64,000 nucleotides of DNA from Candidatus Saccharimonadales bacterium (GCA_039928925.1 JBDSSF010000001.1:267837-331836); one strand, 5' to 3'; shown: positions 17,492 through 26,811, numbered from the stretch's first letter. A program made the numbers and translations. Notes: generated by a model not told the origin, from the letters alone.

Positions 17492-17887
17492 TCAGTCGAT
17501 TTCGAGACTTTCAAGAAACATCTCGACAGTTAACTGGAATGCCTGGTGTGCTCGGACCCACGGGAAACATGAAGCAACCATGAGGTAGTGGTTGACGAGC
17601 GCCGGCCCTCGTTCGTACTCGTCAGCTCGTTGGAGACAGCGAATGAGATACTCTTCGCTGTCATCCTGCATGTTTTTCCGTAGCGTGATAAACCTCTTGT
17701 CACGCACGCTGACACTCGCAGCATCAGCTACAGTGTCAATGAATGGCATCATGTAGCATGACTGAATGGCTAATACGGACATAGCCATCCACGAGTTCTG
17801 AGCTGGAATCAATACCGGTGCGGGCCTTGGTTCCGATGGATCTTTGTAGCCGTCTGGGTACCACAGCCCTTCTTTGTAATGAACCAC
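17492..17887 (-). CDS. Hypothetical 131-aa protein, high-GC cassette
   Basis: ORF track entry; GC visibly higher than flanks; hairpin directly downstream; no domain recognised. Confidence 0.5.
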   Translation of the reverse strand: MVHYKEGLWYPDGYKDPSEPRPAPVLIPAQNSWMAMSVLAIQSCYMMPFIDTVADAASVSVRDKRFITLRKNMQDDSEEYLIRCLQRADEYERGPALVNHYLMVASCFPWVRAHQAFQLTVEMFLESLEID

Positions 17888-17947
17888 GACTTCTCCTTCG
17901 GGTAGGCATGAAAAGACGATAACTAGTATAATACAAGTATTTATTTA

Positions 17948-18733
17948 TTATGTCAAACGTACACTAAGACCTAGCCCGCCGTAAACTTTACATATAAAAA
18001 CTGGTATTTCTGGCGTGCTCATTTCGGTGCTAAATGCATAGCCCAACTCATTAAAATGCCAGAGATTTTTAGTAGACTCAATCCGATTACGGATGAGCCA
18101 ACTTGCAAAAGCACCTCGCGCAACTTTGGCATGAACTACAACAAACTTAGGCTCATTTGTTTTTGGATCAATAGTTAGAAATCTTGGTGATATGATATCT
18201 GCACCTTTAAGATGCGGCAAAACTACTTTGGTATATTCAGCGGCTGAAAGATTGATGATCGGAACATCACTTGGTAGTATTTTAGCTATGCTATCTCCCC
18301 AGTATGTATAGAGATTTTTGTATCGCTCATCACTTAATCGATAGCCCATTTCTAGTCGGTACGGCATGATGCTGTCTAACGCACGCAGTACCCCGTAGAG
18401 TCCAGATAAAATATAAAGATGATCATTTGCATACCGTCGATCATTATCAGTAAATAACTGGGATTGCAGTCCGCTATAAATGTCTCCCAAAAAAGCATCA
18501 ATAGCAGGTAGTTGCTCATGCGGATTAGTGTTCCATGATCTCATCATAGTCTGTGTAGTTGTAGCCATAGGAGACGAAAGTTGCATCGGCTTCATTAGTT
18601 GATCTGCTGAAAGAGTTGAGACAAAATTCGCTAATTCTACTGCGTTCTCGAGCAGTTGCGGTGCCTGATACGTGTTGTCGTCAGACTTTCTGCGCTGCAT
18701 TGTTTTGGATGAATGAAGCAAGATTGTTAGCAT
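17948..18733 (-). CDS. yaaA: Peroxide stress protein YaaA (UPF0246/DUF328)
   Basis: MLTILLHSSKTM, FLGDIYSGL, YILSGLYGVLRALDSIMPYRLEMG, INLSAAEY, HAKVARGAF family pattern. Confidence 0.85.
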   Translation of the reverse strand: MLTILLHSSKTMQRRKSDDNTYQAPQLLENAVELANFVSTLSADQLMKPMQLSSPMATTTQTMMRSWNTNPHEQLPAIDAFLGDIYSGLQSQLFTDNDRRYANDHLYILSGLYGVLRALDSIMPYRLEMGYRLSDERYKNLYTYWGDSIAKILPSDVPIINLSAAEYTKVVLPHLKGADIISPRFLTIDPKTNEPKFVVVHAKVARGAFASWLIRNRIESTKNLWHFNELGYAFSTEMSTPEIPVFICKVYGGLGLSVRLT

Positions 18734-18790
18734 AAGACTATCTTAACAGGAAACAAACAGTGTAAAATAGGGTAATAGAGGAGGTACAGT

Positions 18791-19129
18791 ATGGGAGCAC
18801 AGCAACAACGAACGGATGCCGGCACAATACGTCAGACAGCGAGCGGCAAACGGCAAGAAGCAGTAAAGTTTGTTCAAGCCGCGGCCGATGCTAGCGCAAA
18901 TGCACAATATGACCAAGCGCAGGCACATACATCTCAGGCTGATAAGTTAAATGGCGAAGCAGCTACACTCGAGCAACAAGCAATGGAGATGGAGAAACTA
19001 GCCGATTCATCCGAACAAGAAGCAGAGCGACTCGAACAAGAAGAGCAAAAGTTGCGACAACAAGCTGACGATATCAAACGCAAGAAAGATGAACTACGCG
19101 GTGATAGTGGCTCATTTGGTATATTTTAA
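18791..19129 (+). CDS. Hypothetical coiled-coil protein (112 aa, Q/E/A-rich)
   Basis: Strong SD (GAGGAGGtacagtATG); stop overlaps the next start (TAATG). Confidence 0.55.
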   Translation: MGAQQQRTDAGTIRQTASGKRQEAVKFVQAAADASANAQYDQAQAHTSQADKLNGEAATLEQQAMEMEKLADSSEQEAERLEQEEQKLRQQADDIKRKKDELRGDSGSFGIF

Positions 19130-19698
19130 TGGACGAAAAATTGACAATAGCCGTTCTCGGTGGCACTACACGGGTCCAGCGAGAATCGATAAAAGCCGCA
19201 CATTACGTTGCTGAATTTGGTAGGCAACTGCAAGGTGTTGATATCATATTTGTTGATCCCAAGGATCTCAATCTACCAGGTGACGGCAATGATCCAGAAG
19301 CAAAAGATCCAAAGTATAGTGAGATTACCGCAAAAGCCGATGCATTTTTCATTGTTACACCAGAATATAACCACAGTTTCCCCGGTAGCTTAAAACGGAT
19401 GCTTGATAGCGAACTTGGTAACTATAACCACAAACCTGTTGCTCTTGCGGGTGCGAGTAATGGTAACTGGGGCGGCATACGTGCGGTAGAGTCGTTAGTG
19501 CCAGCCATTCGCGAGACTGGACTCGTTGTCCTTAGTTGGGATGTGTATTTCCCATATGTGCAAAATATATTTAACGAAGATGGATCAATCAAAGATGAAT
19601 TTGCTGATCGATATAATATAAGTCTCAGTAAGCTTTATGCCGAACTGATATGGATGGCAAAACTACTCCGTCAAGGGCGACGCGAACTAACTTCTTAA
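19129..19698 (+). CDS. NAD(P)H-dependent FMN reductase, second copy
   Basis: IAVLGGTTR..., FFIVTPEYNHSFPGSLKRMLD; translationally coupled to 18791..19129. Confidence 0.8.
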   Translation: MDEKLTIAVLGGTTRVQRESIKAAHYVAEFGRQLQGVDIIFVDPKDLNLPGDGNDPEAKDPKYSEITAKADAFFIVTPEYNHSFPGSLKRMLDSELGNYNHKPVALAGASNGNWGGIRAVESLVPAIRETGLVVLSWDVYFPYVQNIFNEDGSIKDEFADRYNISLSKLYAELIWMAKLLRQGRRELTS

Positions 19699-19757
19699 AA
19701 GAATCGAGCGCATCTCTTTACTCTGCGGCGTCAAAGTAAAGAGAGGAATATTATAAC

Positions 19758-19787
19758 TTGCATTATATAAATATGCAGTGTTATAAT
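19758..19787 (+). promoter_or_regulatory. Putative nusA promoter
   Basis: TTGCAT-N18-TATAAT. Confidence 0.45.
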
Positions 19788-19800
19788 GACTAGAGTACAT

Positions 19801-19824
19801 TCCGGCCAGCAGGTCGGATTTTTT
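19801..19824 (+). terminator. Intrinsic terminator/attenuator inside the nusA leader
   Basis: UCCGGCC-AGCA-GGUCGGA (one G.U pair) followed by TTTTTT, located between the promoter and the nusA SD. Confidence 0.5.
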
Positions 19825-19846
19825 CATAGAAAAGGAGAACTATAGT

Positions 19847-20980
19847 ATGGAAGATATCAATGTAAAACAACTTACTCTCGCGGTTCGAACAATCGCTGAA
19901 GAGAAAAATCTACCTGAAGAAGTAGTCTTATCCGTTATTGAGCAGGCAATTGCTGCTGCGTGGCGCCGCGACAATGGTGAACGTGACCAAGAGGTTCGCG
20001 CTGAGCTAAATGTTAACGACGGTACTGCTAATGTATTTGTTGCTCGTGAAGTTGTTGAAGAAGTTGGATCCGACGCTGTTGAGATTAGTCTTGATGATGC
20101 AAAAAAAGTCAAAAAAGACGCTGTTATCGGTGATAGCATTGAAGAAAAACACGAAGTAATTAGCTTTGGCCGTGTCGCTGCCCAAACCGCAAAGCAAGTT
20201 GTATTGCAGCGCCTTCGTGAAGCAGAACGTGAAGTTGTGCTTGAAGAATATGAAGACAAGATAGGTACAATCGTTACTGGTACTGTCCAGCGTGTTGAAC
20301 CACGTGTCGTTCGTGTAGAACTTGGTAAGGCAACGGGTATTATTCCTCAGTCAGAACAAATACAAGGCGAATTTTATAGCATTGGGAGCCGTATCAAAGT
20401 ATTCATCAAAGATATTGAACGAGACAACCGTGGCCCACAGCTTATCCTTAGCCGTGGTAATGAAGCATTTGTTGAGTTCCTGTTCCGCCAAGAAGTTCCT
20501 GAAATGGAATCTGGTGCTGTCGAGATCAAAGCTATTGCTCGTGAAGCTGGTCGTCGTACTAAGTTAGCAGTTGCAAGTACTGTTCCAGGTGTTGATCCTG
20601 TTGGAACATTTGTTGGTGGTCATGGAACACGTGTCCAGGCCGTAATGAACGAAATTGGTGATCAAGAGAAGATTGACATCATTACATTTGATGAAAATAA
20701 CGAACAGTTCATCAAGAACGCTCTTAGCCCAGCTGAAGTAGCAAAAGTACAGATTGATGAAGATAAAAAACGCGCAACTGTCTATGTCAATGAAGACCAG
20801 CAATCAATCGCTATTGGCCGCGGTGGTCAAAACGTTCGCCTTGCAAGTCGACTAACAGGATACGAAATTGATATCGAAACTGCGGTAAAAACAGCAGATA
20901 AGCCTGCGAGCGAATCAAAGCCACGAAAGAACATCGAAGATGATCTTCTTAGTGCGGTCGAAGAATCAACTGAAGAATAA
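19847..20980 (+). CDS. nusA: Transcription termination/antitermination factor NusA
   Basis: N-terminal domain, S1 (IVTGTVQRVEPRVVRVELG) and two KH regions (VDPVGTFVGGHGTRVQAV, IGRGGQNVRLASRLTGYEIDI). Confidence 0.92.
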   Translation: MEDINVKQLTLAVRTIAEEKNLPEEVVLSVIEQAIAAAWRRDNGERDQEVRAELNVNDGTANVFVAREVVEEVGSDAVEISLDDAKKVKKDAVIGDSIEEKHEVISFGRVAAQTAKQVVLQRLREAEREVVLEEYEDKIGTIVTGTVQRVEPRVVRVELGKATGIIPQSEQIQGEFYSIGSRIKVFIKDIERDNRGPQLILSRGNEAFVEFLFRQEVPEMESGAVEIKAIAREAGRRTKLAVASTVPGVDPVGTFVGGHGTRVQAVMNEIGDQEKIDIITFDENNEQFIKNALSPAEVAKVQIDEDKKRATVYVNEDQQSIAIGRGGQNVRLASRLTGYEIDIETAVKTADKPASESKPRKNIEDDLLSAVEESTEE

Positions 20981-21004
20981 TCAAACAAGACTGATAAAAA
21001 ATCC

Positions 21005-21030
21005 ATCCACTCAAAAGGGTGGATTTTTTA
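21005..21030 (+). terminator. Terminator after nusA
   Basis: ATCCAC-N8-GTGGAT followed by TTTTTT. Confidence 0.6.
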
Positions 21031-21080
21031 GTGAAAAAGTATTCACTGCTTAATTTACATCATAATTTCATACTAGTATT

Positions 21081-21818
21081 ATGAATAAGCAACCATACAA
21101 CACATTTGATTTACCAACTCGTCATTTAACAAGTAACGATTATGTTCCACCAAAAGCACGTCGTTCAGAAGAAATTGAAAGGAGACATAATTTGCCAGCA
21201 GGTACCGTTCTTGCTGAACAACAGCGTGATGGGCTGATTGTCGCCCAGACAATGCTTGAGAACGTAGTAGAGCCAGAAGATATTGATTTTGTTACTAACA
21301 TCGTTGCCATGAGTGGTATTAATACTAGCTGGTATAGTTATGGCCGTGGCGCTGAAGTCATGCGTCGTCGACTAGATCTTCCTACACTTGCATCAGACGA
21401 TGAAGACTGGCGTGAAACTAGAGAAGGACTACTTATAAAAGCTAAAGAGGGGCTAGTCTCTGCTGTCATTCTTACCGATATTTTTGCTCGCTCAACTGCA
21501 GAGCGTGGTAGAACTACAGGGATAAAGCGACGCGTAGGTAGGCATATGGGTAACATATCACTCCAACTTGCCTGTGTCCGACTAGGTAATGCGCCAGCTG
21601 CACTCAGTGCATTTGACACACAAATTATAGTAAGAGACCATGCACTAGAAACACTCGAAGCATCTAGAGTAATGAGTCAACAAATAGGCCTTCATCCATC
21701 GATTGCTCAGTTTGCTGATCCAGACAGTGAAACTGCAATCTATCTTCGTAGACAGGCTCCGAACGGTACATATGACGCCTACGAACAGGCAGTTGCTGAG
21801 CTTCGTAGCGCAGCCTAA
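21081..21818 (+). CDS. Hypothetical protein (245 aa)
   Basis: ORF track entry; CATACT-N6-ATG upstream; no domain recognised. Confidence 0.5.
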   Translation: MNKQPYNTFDLPTRHLTSNDYVPPKARRSEEIERRHNLPAGTVLAEQQRDGLIVAQTMLENVVEPEDIDFVTNIVAMSGINTSWYSYGRGAEVMRRRLDLPTLASDDEDWRETREGLLIKAKEGLVSAVILTDIFARSTAERGRTTGIKRRVGRHMGNISLQLACVRLGNAPAALSAFDTQIIVRDHALETLEASRVMSQQIGLHPSIAQFADPDSETAIYLRRQAPNGTYDAYEQAVAELRSAA

Positions 21819-22483
21819 ATATGAAATGTTTTTTCGGTAAAAAATAATTTGTTTGTTTCGTAGAGACCAACAAGTGTCTGCATATTAGGAAGCATGTCTT
21901 TATTTGAAAAGTCAGGCGAACTGTCCCAATAATATTCTGCAAGTTCATTATCTGCCTCAAGTTCGCCTTGAATATCATCACAGCCAAGTAGGGTAAAGTG
22001 AGTAAAACTCTCCAATGCATCTCCTTGATAAACGCGAAAGTACCCACTTCCTCTTACTGTAAATTCGCCACTAAGCCCAGTTTTAATTTTGCATTCTTGT
22101 GCAGCAACCTCAATTGAACTCGCAGTAGGTGTTGGTTGAGCATGCATAAAACCAGTCATTCCCAGTAAAGGGTGAGTGCGTCGCTTGTAGAGTAGCCATG
22201 AGCCATCGCTTTTGCGTCGAATCGCAAGAAGAAGAACTGAATACGCACGGTCGATCAGTCGACTCTGTTGTTTCAGTGCTCCTTTACCAACGCGTCTTCC
22301 CTCGGGGGTTAATGCGTAGTGTCCGTCGGATGTTTTGATAACATATCCTTCTGAAATAACTTTTTTAAGATGATAGTTAAATAGTTTATTATCAATATCA
22401 TCAGGCTTCAGCTCACTAAAACGCATACTATCTGCGAATGCGAGGTGGTAGACGATTGATTTACCGATGTGATGATCAAGCAT
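21815..22483 (-). CDS. Winged-helix DNA-binding domain fused to a NUDIX-like domain
   Basis: N-terminal MRFSELKPDDIDNKLFNYHLKKVISEGYVIKTSDGHYALTPEG (wHTH-like); degenerate Nudix box GFMHAQPTPTASSIEVAAQECKIKTGL. Confidence 0.5.
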   Translation of the reverse strand: MLDHHIGKSIVYHLAFADSMRFSELKPDDIDNKLFNYHLKKVISEGYVIKTSDGHYALTPEGRRVGKGALKQQSRLIDRAYSVLLLAIRRKSDGSWLLYKRRTHPLLGMTGFMHAQPTPTASSIEVAAQECKIKTGLSGEFTVRGSGYFRVYQGDALESFTHFTLLGCDDIQGELEADNELAEYYWDSSPDFSNKDMLPNMQTLVGLYETNKLFFTEKTFHI

Positions 22484-22620
22484 GAATGTAGTATATCAGG
22501 TACTTAGTATCACTTGGTAAGACGAACATATTCATATAATTGACTTATGAGCAACAAGAAAGTATATTGCTTTTAGGTATGACGTGCCCAACGTCATGCA
22601 CGAGGCCCTAGGAGGATATT

Positions 22621-22995
22621 GTGTGTAAGGTTTGTGACAGAATTGGCCAGCCGCACTTCATCACCGAAGTTGCGGGCGATGAAGAAGTTGTCTGGTACCC
22701 TGAAGGTACAGTTGCCGATGATGGCACGATGACGAGGAACGAATGGATCCTCAAGTGCCCCGAGCCTGGTGAGCTGAAACAGCTTTACGACGCGCTTATC
22801 TACGTCGGTGGACTGGTGATATCGGAAGATGAGATCAGGTTCGATATCAAGCTTGATGATCTTGGGCAATTCCCGCCCCGCATCACTGAGCTTGCGATGC
22901 TGATCATGGACGTTCCGAGGATCAAGCGGGATTTTGCCGAAGTTGCTCGAAGCAATAAGGACAAGTTCCGAATCGTCGGCGGCTCATCCAACTAG
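22621..22995 (+). CDS. Hypothetical 124-aa protein, high-GC cassette (GTG start)
   Basis: AGGAGG 7 nt upstream of the GTG; TTGACT-N17-TATATT promoter at 22541-22569; hairpin downstream. Confidence 0.55.
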   Translation: MCKVCDRIGQPHFITEVAGDEEVVWYPEGTVADDGTMTRNEWILKCPEPGELKQLYDALIYVGGLVISEDEIRFDIKLDDLGQFPPRITELAMLIMDVPRIKRDFAEVARSNKDKFRIVGGSSN

Positions 22996-23003
22996 GGCCT
23001 CAA

Positions 23004-23037
23004 GGCCACTCCTCGGTCCTCGCGACCAGGAGTGGCC
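23004..23037 (+). terminator. Hairpin after 22621..22995
   Basis: GGCCACTCCT-N14-AGGAGTGGCC. Confidence 0.6.
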
Positions 23038-23111
23038 AAGAGCCAAGATATTATTGTAAAATACGCTCATGCTATTGACGCCCTACTGGTTGTCAGGCGT
23101 ATACTAAAGAA

Positions 23112-23338
23112 GGTCATGTGAGTACTGGTGGAGAACCTTTTTACCTACAGACCTTTATACCCAAAAACTAAAGCCCGTATACACACCTACTACTTCGGTG
23201 GTAAAGCGTCCCTACACGGCTTCATATTCAATCGCTACTTCAGGTGATACAGCAGATTTCATGGCGGTGAACATCTGTCTCCTCGTAGCTTACCCATAAA
23301 TTCCGCAACTGACACACTTTTCTTGCTGTCAGTTTTTT
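23112..23338 (+). ncRNA. Candidate structured RNA (~230 nt): stand-alone sRNA (6S-like closing helix possible) or cis-leader/riboswitch of 23382..23636
   Basis: TTGACG-N19-TATACT at 23075-23105; no ORF; internal ACUAC-UUCG-GUGGU tetraloop hairpin; 5' GUGAGUAC..GGAGA can pair with 3' UCUCC..GUAGCUUAC; ends in AACTGACA-N12-TGTCAGTT + TTTT. Confidence 0.35.
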
Positions 23339-23381
23339 GTTCATAAAAAATAAATCTTTTTATCTACGGGGAGTTCAGGAT

Positions 23382-23636
23382 ATGAAAACAGCAACAACAA
23401 TTAATCGACCAGTCGACGTAACAGCAATAGGATTTGGACGTGATCTACGTGTCTATCCACGCTGCATGGAGTATGGTGGCATCAGCTATCGATTCCTAGA
23501 CGCCGGACTTCGCACTGTCATTCGTAGCGGTGAACATATCGCACAAATCTTGACAATGAGCGATGGAATCAGCGATTTTCGCCTTCGAAGCGATAATCGC
23601 GGCGGAAGCTGGACGCTACTGAGTATGACTCAGTAG
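23382..23636 (+). CDS. Hypothetical 84-aa protein
   Basis: Internal ATG of ORF 23337..23636 preceded by GGGGAG; terminator GAGGGCC-TACG-GGCCCTC + TTTT at 23648-23669. Confidence 0.5.
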   Translation: MKTATTINRPVDVTAIGFGRDLRVYPRCMEYGGISYRFLDAGLRTVIRSGEHIAQILTMSDGISDFRLRSDNRGGSWTLLSMTQ

Positions 23637-23712
23637 CACGTGAACGGGAGGGCCTACGGGCCCTCTTTTCATGATAGAATGGAAAAAGATATTGGTAAGT
23701 AAAGAGGTGGGT

Positions 23713-23856
23713 ATGAGAAAAGAAATTATCATTGGCTCTATTGCGGTCGTAGTCCTTGCTGCTGTTAGTATATGGCTAATAGCTAATGCCTCAACTAAAG
23801 ACGAAACAGTGATGATGCAAACGAGCTCAAATGACAATGTACACAGTGCAAACTAA
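23713..23856 (+). CDS. Small membrane protein (47 aa)
   Basis: Strong SD (GAGGTGggtATG); single TM helix IIIGSIAVVVLAAVSIWLI. Confidence 0.45.
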   Translation: MRKEIIIGSIAVVVLAAVSIWLIANASTKDETVMMQTSSNDNVHSAN

Positions 23857-23929
23857 CATGTAAATAAATAGATATTTTAATGTGGGTGTATAATGGTATA
23901 CACAATAGTAAAACCAAAGGAGGTACATA

Positions 23930-24202
23930 ATGGATACAATGAATATCATAGGATGGATCGTCTTAGGCGGACTTGCAGGTTGGGTCGCTTCCATGATTAT
24001 GGGACGTGATGCACAGCAGGGTATTCTAGGTAATATCGTTGTCGGTATTATCGGAGCTTTTATCGGAGGATTTGTAATGAGTCTCTTCGGTGGATCAGGT
24101 GTTACAGGATTTAACTTTACGAGCTTCCTCGTAGCACTTCTAGGTGCTGTCATTGCACTATGGGTACTAAAGAAAGTCGGTGGAAAGAAATCTGTCGCCT
24201 AA
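23930..24202 (+). CDS. GlsB/YeaQ/YmgE family (transglycosylase-associated) stress membrane protein
   Basis: IIGWIVLGGLAGWVASMIMG...GILGNIVVGIIGAFIGGF family signature; SD GGAGG. Confidence 0.85.
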   Translation: MDTMNIIGWIVLGGLAGWVASMIMGRDAQQGILGNIVVGIIGAFIGGFVMSLFGGSGVTGFNFTSFLVALLGAVIALWVLKKVGGKKSVA

Positions 24203-24224
24203 TAACCATCTTATAAAAAATAAA

Positions 24225-24251
24225 TTAGCACTCGCTTGACCCGAGTGCTAA
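24225..24251. promoter_or_regulatory. CIRCE element (HrcA operator) overlapping the clpC promoter
   Basis: TTAGCACTC-gcTTGACCc-GAGTGCTAA matches the CIRCE consensus TTAGCACTC-N9-GAGTGCTAA at 18/18 positions; the spacer contains -35 TTGACC, 17 nt before TATAAT (24259-24264). Confidence 0.8.
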
Positions 24252-24333
24252 TTTTATTTATAATGGAATATAGTAAGCAAGCAAATATGATAAAACGCTT
24301 GCGCTACACTCACGGAGGATTGATAATAAAGTT

Positions 24334-26811
24334 ATGGCAGATGATTTCGCGGAATTCGTATCCCACTTAACGGATAATGCCCGGACCAGCTTGCAACACG
24401 CTGATGCGATTGCACGTGGATACGGGAGTGCCTATATAGGTACAGAGCATTTGCTACTTGGCGTGCTAGCTCAAGGTTCTTCAGTTGGTGCAAAATTACT
24501 TGCAGATGCAGGTGTCACACTTGATCGTGCAGAACTAGCGCTCAACTTAACTCCTCGAACACTTATTGTCAGTACTGGTGCTAAAGGCTTGTCTGAGACG
24601 GCAAAACTGACACTTAAAATGAGTTGGGACATTGCTCAAGAATTCAGCCAGGATTATCTTGGCACTGAGCATATTCTCTATAGTATTCTTAGCCAGAAAA
24701 ATGCACGTGCGACAATGTTACTCCGAGATATGAATGTTAACCTTGTTGAGCTAACCAGTGAACTTGAAGAGTTCTTTGATCGTGAGCACAGCCATTATCA
24801 GGAAGCAGATGCGGAGAATAGCCAAAAAACAAAGAAAAAAGCTGGTCGTGGTGGTGCCCTTGAAGTATTTGGTACTGATCTTACGGCACTTGCAAGGCGC
24901 GGAGAATTAGATCCTGTTGTTGGACGTGAAGCTCAGGTCGAGCGTATGGTGACTATCATTAGTCGCCGTACTAAGAATAACCCTGTCCTTATTGGCGAAC
25001 CAGGCGTTGGTAAGACTGCGATTGTTGAAGGCCTTGCTCAGCGCATAGTCAGTGAAGACGTGCCCGATCACTTACTTGATAAGCGAGTTGTCCTGTTGGA
25101 TCTTGCAGCGATGATAGCTGGTACAAAATATCGTGGTGAGTTTGAAGAGAGACTTAAAAAAGTTGTTACTGAATTAAAACAGCAGAATAATGTCATCATT
25201 TTTATCGATGAGTTACATCTTTTGGTTGGTGCAGGGGCTGCTGAAGGAGCACTTGATGCTGCCAATATGCTGAAACCAGCACTCGCACGTGGTGAACTTC
25301 ATATGATTGGTGCAACTACACTTGAAGAGTATCGTAAGCATATAGAAAAAGACAGCGCTCTAGAACGCCGCTTCCAGACAATTGTTGTTCCTGAACCGAC
25401 AATGAAAGAGACTATCGCCATTCTAAAAGGTCTTCGAAGTTACTACGAGCTTCATCATAGTGTCAAACTGAGTGATGAAGTACTCGAAGATGCTGCCTAT
25501 ATGGCTGATCGCTACGTTAGTGAACGTTTCATGCCAGACAAGGCTATTGATGTAATTGACGAAGCAGCAGCGCTTATACGTGTTAAATCTGGTCGAAAAC
25601 CTAGCAAGCTTCGTGACCTTAATCGTCAATTGAATAACTTGAACGAAAAAATGGAAGATGCTGTTGCGTCTGAAGATTACGAGCGGGCCGCTCTTTACAA
25701 AACACGTATTAGCCAAATAAATGACAAAATTAGCGATATTTCACAATCTGCTGAACAAAAGGCGCCTGTTACTGTGACGACAGACGATGTTGCACAAGCG
25801 GTAGCGACTATGACCGGCATTCCTGTAAAACGTATCCAAAAATCAGAAGCAAAGCTTTTACGTAATCTAGAAAAACACCTTGGCAAGTATATTATCGGAC
25901 AAAAAGAAGCTGTTGAGAAAGTAGCAAGGGCTATCAGGCGCTCTAGAAGTGGCGTCGCTAGCCAAAAGCGACCAATCGGCTCTTTTGTGTTTATGGGTCC
26001 AACCGGAGTTGGTAAAACGGAGCTTGCTCGTGTACTTGCGAGCGAAGTGTTCGGTAGCGATGACGCACTCATCAAAATTGACATGAGTGAATTTGGTGAA
26101 CGACACAATACGAGTCGCTTACTTGGTGCGCCTGCTGGATACGTAGGTTATGAAGATGGTGGACAGCTTACGGATAAGATTCGTCGTCAGCCATACAGTG
26201 TCGTACTATTTGATGAAATAGAGAAAGCTCATCCTGACGTATTCCAAATACTTCTTCAGTTGCTCGAAGACGGTAAGATGACAGACGCGAAAGGTCGTTC
26301 AGTCAATTTCAGTAATACAATCGTTATTTTAACGAGTAATCTAGGTGCTGAGCGAATGATGAAAGAATCAAGTCTTGGATTCCACGCCGTTACGAAACAG
26401 GACGAGAAGAAATTAGAAATTGCTCATGAGGAAAACCAAGCAGCTGCTAATGATGCACTGAGTGGTATGATGCGGCCAGAACTTATTAATCGTTTTGACG
26501 CAGTTCTTACATTCCGAGCTTTAACCCGCCAGGAAGTTGGACACATTTTTGATAACCTCATCGATGAACTCCAGACACGATTAGTTCGCAAAGGAATTCA
26601 TCTAGTAATAAAGCCATCTGCGAAAAAACTACTCATTAACAAAGGCTACGATGAAAAGTTTGGCGCAAGGCCCCTTCGACGTGCGATCCAAGACGAGCTT
26701 GAGCATCGACTTGCAGATGGTATGCTTTCTGGTGAATATGAGAAGGGTAGCGTTCTTACGATTGTGGCTAAGAAGGATGAAATTACGATAGATGTCACGC
26801 GCGAAGTCTAG
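24334..26811 (+). CDS. clpC: ATP-dependent Clp protease ATP-binding subunit ClpC
   Basis: Two Clp_N repeats, two AAA+ modules ([16 protein letters not shown]), short UVR-like middle domain ([10 protein letters not shown]), LGF ClpP-docking loop; 825 aa. Confidence 0.9.
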   Translation: MADDFAEFVSHLTDNARTSLQHADAIARGYGSAYIGTEHLLLGVLAQGSSVGAKLLADAGVTLDRAELALNLTPRTLIVSTGAKGLSETAKLTLKMSWDIAQEFSQDYLGTEHILYSILSQKNARATMLLRDMNVNLVELTSELEEFFDREHSHYQEADAENSQKTKKKAGRGGALEVFGTDLTALARRGELDPVVGREAQVERMVTIISRRTKNNPVLIGEPGVGKTAIVEGLAQRIVSEDVPDHLLDKRVVLLDLAAMIAGTKYRGEFEERLKKVVTELKQQNNVIIFIDELHLLVGAGAAEGALDAANMLKPALARGELHMIGATTLEEYRKHIEKDSALERRFQTIVVPEPTMKETIAILKGLRSYYELHHSVKLSDEVLEDAAYMADRYVSERFMPDKAIDVIDEAAALIRVKSGRKPSKLRDLNRQLNNLNEKMEDAVASEDYERAALYKTRISQINDKISDISQSAEQKAPVTVTTDDVAQAVATMTGIPVKRIQKSEAKLLRNLEKHLGKYIIGQKEAVEKVARAIRRSRSGVASQKRPIGSFVFMGPTGVGKTELARVLASEVFGSDDALIKIDMSEFGERHNTSRLLGAPAGYVGYEDGGQLTDKIRRQPYSVVLFDEIEKAHPDVFQILLQLLEDGKMTDAKGRSVNFSNTIVILTSNLGAERMMKESSLGFHAVTKQDEKKLEIAHEENQAAANDALSGMMRPELINRFDAVLTFRALTRQEVGHIFDNLIDELQTRLVRKGIHLVIKPSAKKLLINKGYDEKFGARPLRRAIQDELEHRLADGMLSGEYEKGSVLTIVAKKDEITIDVTREV

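Noticed and set aside
19840-20259. 139-aa ORF antisense to nusA, and similar antisense ORFs inside clpC (25695..26108), rpoB and rpoC
   Set aside because: They lie within strongly conserved sense-strand genes and have Ser/Thr/Ala-rich low-complexity translations.
23112-23338. Firm assignment of the non-coding unit as 6S RNA
   Set aside because: Only the closing-helix complementarity supports it. I could not convincingly fold the central bubble and terminal hairpin by eye, so it is reported as an unassigned RNA candidate.
23827-24153. 108-aa ORF antisense to the GlsB/YeaQ gene
   Set aside because: The sense frame has the family signature and a GGAGG RBS.
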